The position numbers and the translations under genes were made by a program. The notes under the pieces are model-generated. The model saw only the letters and a program-made list of their open reading frames with translations, had not been told where the DNA came from and did not search any database. A stretch of 58,649 bases of DNA from Gemmatimonadota bacterium (GTDB lineage Bacteria > Gemmatimonadota > Gemmatimonadetes > Gemmatimonadales > GWC2-71-9), in assembly GCA_046733215.1 (NCBI GenBank), contig JBKPOS010000056.1:1-58649 (forward strand), in the 5' to 3' direction. Shown piece after piece: positions 56,812 through 58,649 of this stretch (position 1 is the first letter of the stretch; every line of letters begins with the position of its first letter).

Positions 56812-57324
56812 ATGAGCGTCCTGGCGCTGCGGCTCATCCACATTGTGTGCGGGGTTATCTGGGTGGGCGGCGTACTATTCATTGCTTGGTTTCTCATCCC
56901 CACCATACGCGGCGTGGGGCCGGCAGGCGGTGCGATCATGTCGCACATGGTTCAGGTTCGCCGACTGCCACTGGTCATGATGGTGGTCGCGATCCTCACC
57001 GTGCTCTCGGGACTGGCGCTCTACTGGCGTGACTCCGCCGGCTTCCAAGGTGCGTGGATGCAAACAAGCACGGGGATCGTTTTCAGTCTTGGCGCGCTGC
57101 TGGGGCTCGCATCGGTCGCCCTGGGGATGGCCGTAAGCTCTCCGGTCGGCCGACGCCTGGGCGTGCTGGCAGCTGCAGCGCAGGCGAAGGGAGGCCCTCC
57201 ATCCACCGAAGAAGCGGCCGAGATGCAACGACTGGAGACCAAGCTGGCCACAGCTTCCAACCTGGTAGCCGTATTGCTGGTGCTTGCAACCGCAGCGATG
57301 GCGGTAGCGCGTTACGTTCCGTAA
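56812..57324 (+). CDS. 4-TM membrane protein
   Basis: LRLIHI..GVIWVGG; four hydrophobic helices. Confidence 0.75.
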   Translation: MSVLALRLIHIVCGVIWVGGVLFIAWFLIPTIRGVGPAGGAIMSHMVQVRRLPLVMMVVAILTVLSGLALYWRDSAGFQGAWMQTSTGIVFSLGALLGLASVALGMAVSSPVGRRLGVLAAAAQAKGGPPSTEEAAEMQRLETKLATASNLVAVLLVLATAAMAVARYVP

Positions 57325-57779
57325 TGCGGATCTGGACCGTCCACCCGAAATACCTGGATGCCCGCGGCCTCGTCGCCGTTTGGCGCGAGGCCTTGCTGGC
57401 ACGCTCGGTACTCCGCGGACACACCACAGGGTATCGCTGGCATCCCCAACTCGCCCGATTCCGCTCCGAGCCGCGACCGCTAGCTTGCCTCAACGCCTAT
57501 CTCAGAGCCATTTACCAGGAGGCGGCCCGCCGAGGTTATCGTTTCGACCGCCGGAAGCTGGGCCGAGCAACTGGACCACACCGGATGGTGGCCACCAGTG
57601 GCCAACTGGCGTTCGAATGGCGGCATCTCAAGCGGAAATTGCGCGCTCGCAGTCCGACCGCGTATCGCGCAGTCCGGTCTGAGAGCAAACCCGACCCCCA
57701 TCCCCTCTTCGTCATCTCGGCCGGTCCGGTCAGCACCTGGGAGCGGACGCGAGCGCGCAAGCGGAAGCAGGCTGATTGA
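57324..57779 (+). CDS. Pyrimidine-dimer DNA glycosylase / T4 endonuclease V-like family protein
   Basis: MRIWTVHPKYLD.RGLVAVWREALLA...GY..HPQL.RF...EA..RGY.FD. Confidence 0.8.
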   Translation: MRIWTVHPKYLDARGLVAVWREALLARSVLRGHTTGYRWHPQLARFRSEPRPLACLNAYLRAIYQEAARRGYRFDRRKLGRATGPHRMVATSGQLAFEWRHLKRKLRARSPTAYRAVRSESKPDPHPLFVISAGPVSTWERTRARKRKQAD

Positions 57780-57801
57780 ACAGCACGATGAGGAACTTGA
57801 T

Positions 57802-58041
57802 ATGTGCAGAAACATCAAGAAACTGAGACGGCCTAACGAAGGCCCGACCGATCAGGAGCTGCACGAGGCGGCCCTTCAGTTCATCCGCAAGATCAGCGGT
57901 TTCAACGCGCCATCGAAAGCCAACCAAGTCGCGTTCGACCATGCCGTCCAGGAGGTCGCGGCGGCTGGCCGGGAGCTGTTCGACTCTCTCCACACCCGCA
58001 CAACGTCTCAGCCATCGCACGAGCACTCGGCAACGGGATGA
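57802..58041 (+). CDS. DUF2277 family protein
   Basis: MCRNIK.L...AALQF.RKISGF..PS.AN..AF. Confidence 0.85.
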   Translation: MCRNIKKLRRPNEGPTDQELHEAALQFIRKISGFNAPSKANQVAFDHAVQEVAAAGRELFDSLHTRTTSQPSHEHSATG

Positions 58042-58420
58042 TCACCGGCGCGCACTTCCTCCTCTACAGCAGTGACCCCGCGGCGGATCGTGCGTTCTTC
58101 CGTGACAACCTCGGCCTACCCGCGGTGGATGCGGGTAGCGGATTGCTGATCTTCGGCTTGCCGCCGGCGGAGCTTGGGGTTCACCCGCCCCAGCGCCGTT
58201 TATCCAGCGGCACGCCGATCACGACATCTTGGGCGCAGTGCTTTATCTGATGTGTGATGACCTCGACTCCACCGTGAGATCCCTGGCGAGCAAAGGAGTC
58301 CGATGCACCGAGGTCGAAAAGGCCGAATGGGGCATCAAGACTACCATGCGCTTGCCCAGCGGAGGCGAAATCGGACTCTATCAGCCGACCCATCCCATCG
58401 CACTCACTGCTCGCACCTGA
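58038..58420 (+). pseudogene. VOC/glyoxalase-like protein, frameshifted near 58185
   Basis: MITGAH...IFGLPPAELGVHP continues as ...HDILGAVLYLMCDDL...LPSGGEIGLYQP.HP in another frame. Confidence 0.75.
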
Positions 58421-58432
58421 GGTGGCTCGGGA

Positions 58433-58648
58433 TCAAGAGGAGTTGGGCCGTGGTCGCTCGTTCGGATGCGCGGCCAGCCACCGTTGAGCGAAGGGACAGG
58501 TTGCCATCACATTCAAATCGCGCTCGCGGGCGAACGCCAATGCCGCGCGGATCAGCGCGTCCGAAACACCATGGCCCCGCGCGGCAGCTGGTACTTCGGT
58601 GTGCTCGAGGTTGAGAACACTGTCGCCAAAGTAGCTGTAGATCAGCTG
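58433..58648 (-). CDS. YjdJ-type GNAT acetyltransferase; 5' end outside the window
   Basis: Manual translation: LEHTEVP...RGHGV...LI.AAL.FAR......TCPF...W...HP. Confidence 0.8.
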   Translation of the reverse strand, partial: QLIYSYFGDSVLNLEHTEVPAAARGHGVSDALIRAALAFARERDLNVMATCPFAQRWLAAHPNERPRPNSS

Positions 58649-58649
58649 G

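Noticed and set aside
1-58649. tRNA, rRNA, IS/transposase or prophage genes
   Set aside because: No recognisable motifs found by eye; a covariance-model search was not possible

Overview
High-GC bacterial chromosomal DNA. Gene order and protein style suggest Gemmatimonadota, which is an inference. The window has two halves. Bases 1-31.4 kb are housekeeping genes: hisZ-hisG; a DUF58-BatA-mfd-PPIase-SurA-pdxA operon; an M28 peptidase; a lepA-ROK kinase-PfkB kinase-STAS/HATPase-STAS/wHTH-PLP lyase operon; ftsEX-envC; a GGDEF protein; nfo; pckA; and an HD hydrolase. Bases 31.4-58.6 kb are accessory: a GntR regulator with a palindromic operator and a secreted HExxH protein, then about 45 short, mostly co-oriented genes (DinB, SnoaL, GNAT including an AAC(2')-like enzyme, VOC, ABM, cupin, MOSC, macro, SMI1/KNR4, and an ECF42 sigma factor with three DGPF genes), three of them frameshifted. 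Two candidates stand out as possibly undescribed systems. (1) A four-helix-bundle (IVP/Avd-like) gene sits next to a heptamer array (CYGTTCA)n, and the same sequence recurs as gene-less hairpins at convergent gene ends. Related short-repeat families invade intergenic spaces and coding sequence, including the EnvC signal peptide. (2) A translationally coupled STAS-HATPase plus STAS-wHTH partner-switch pair lies between two sugar kinases and a PLP lyase. No rRNA, tRNA, CRISPR array, transposase or integrase was recognised. Family assignments come from motif recognition, not database searches, and many start codons were re-assigned by hand.
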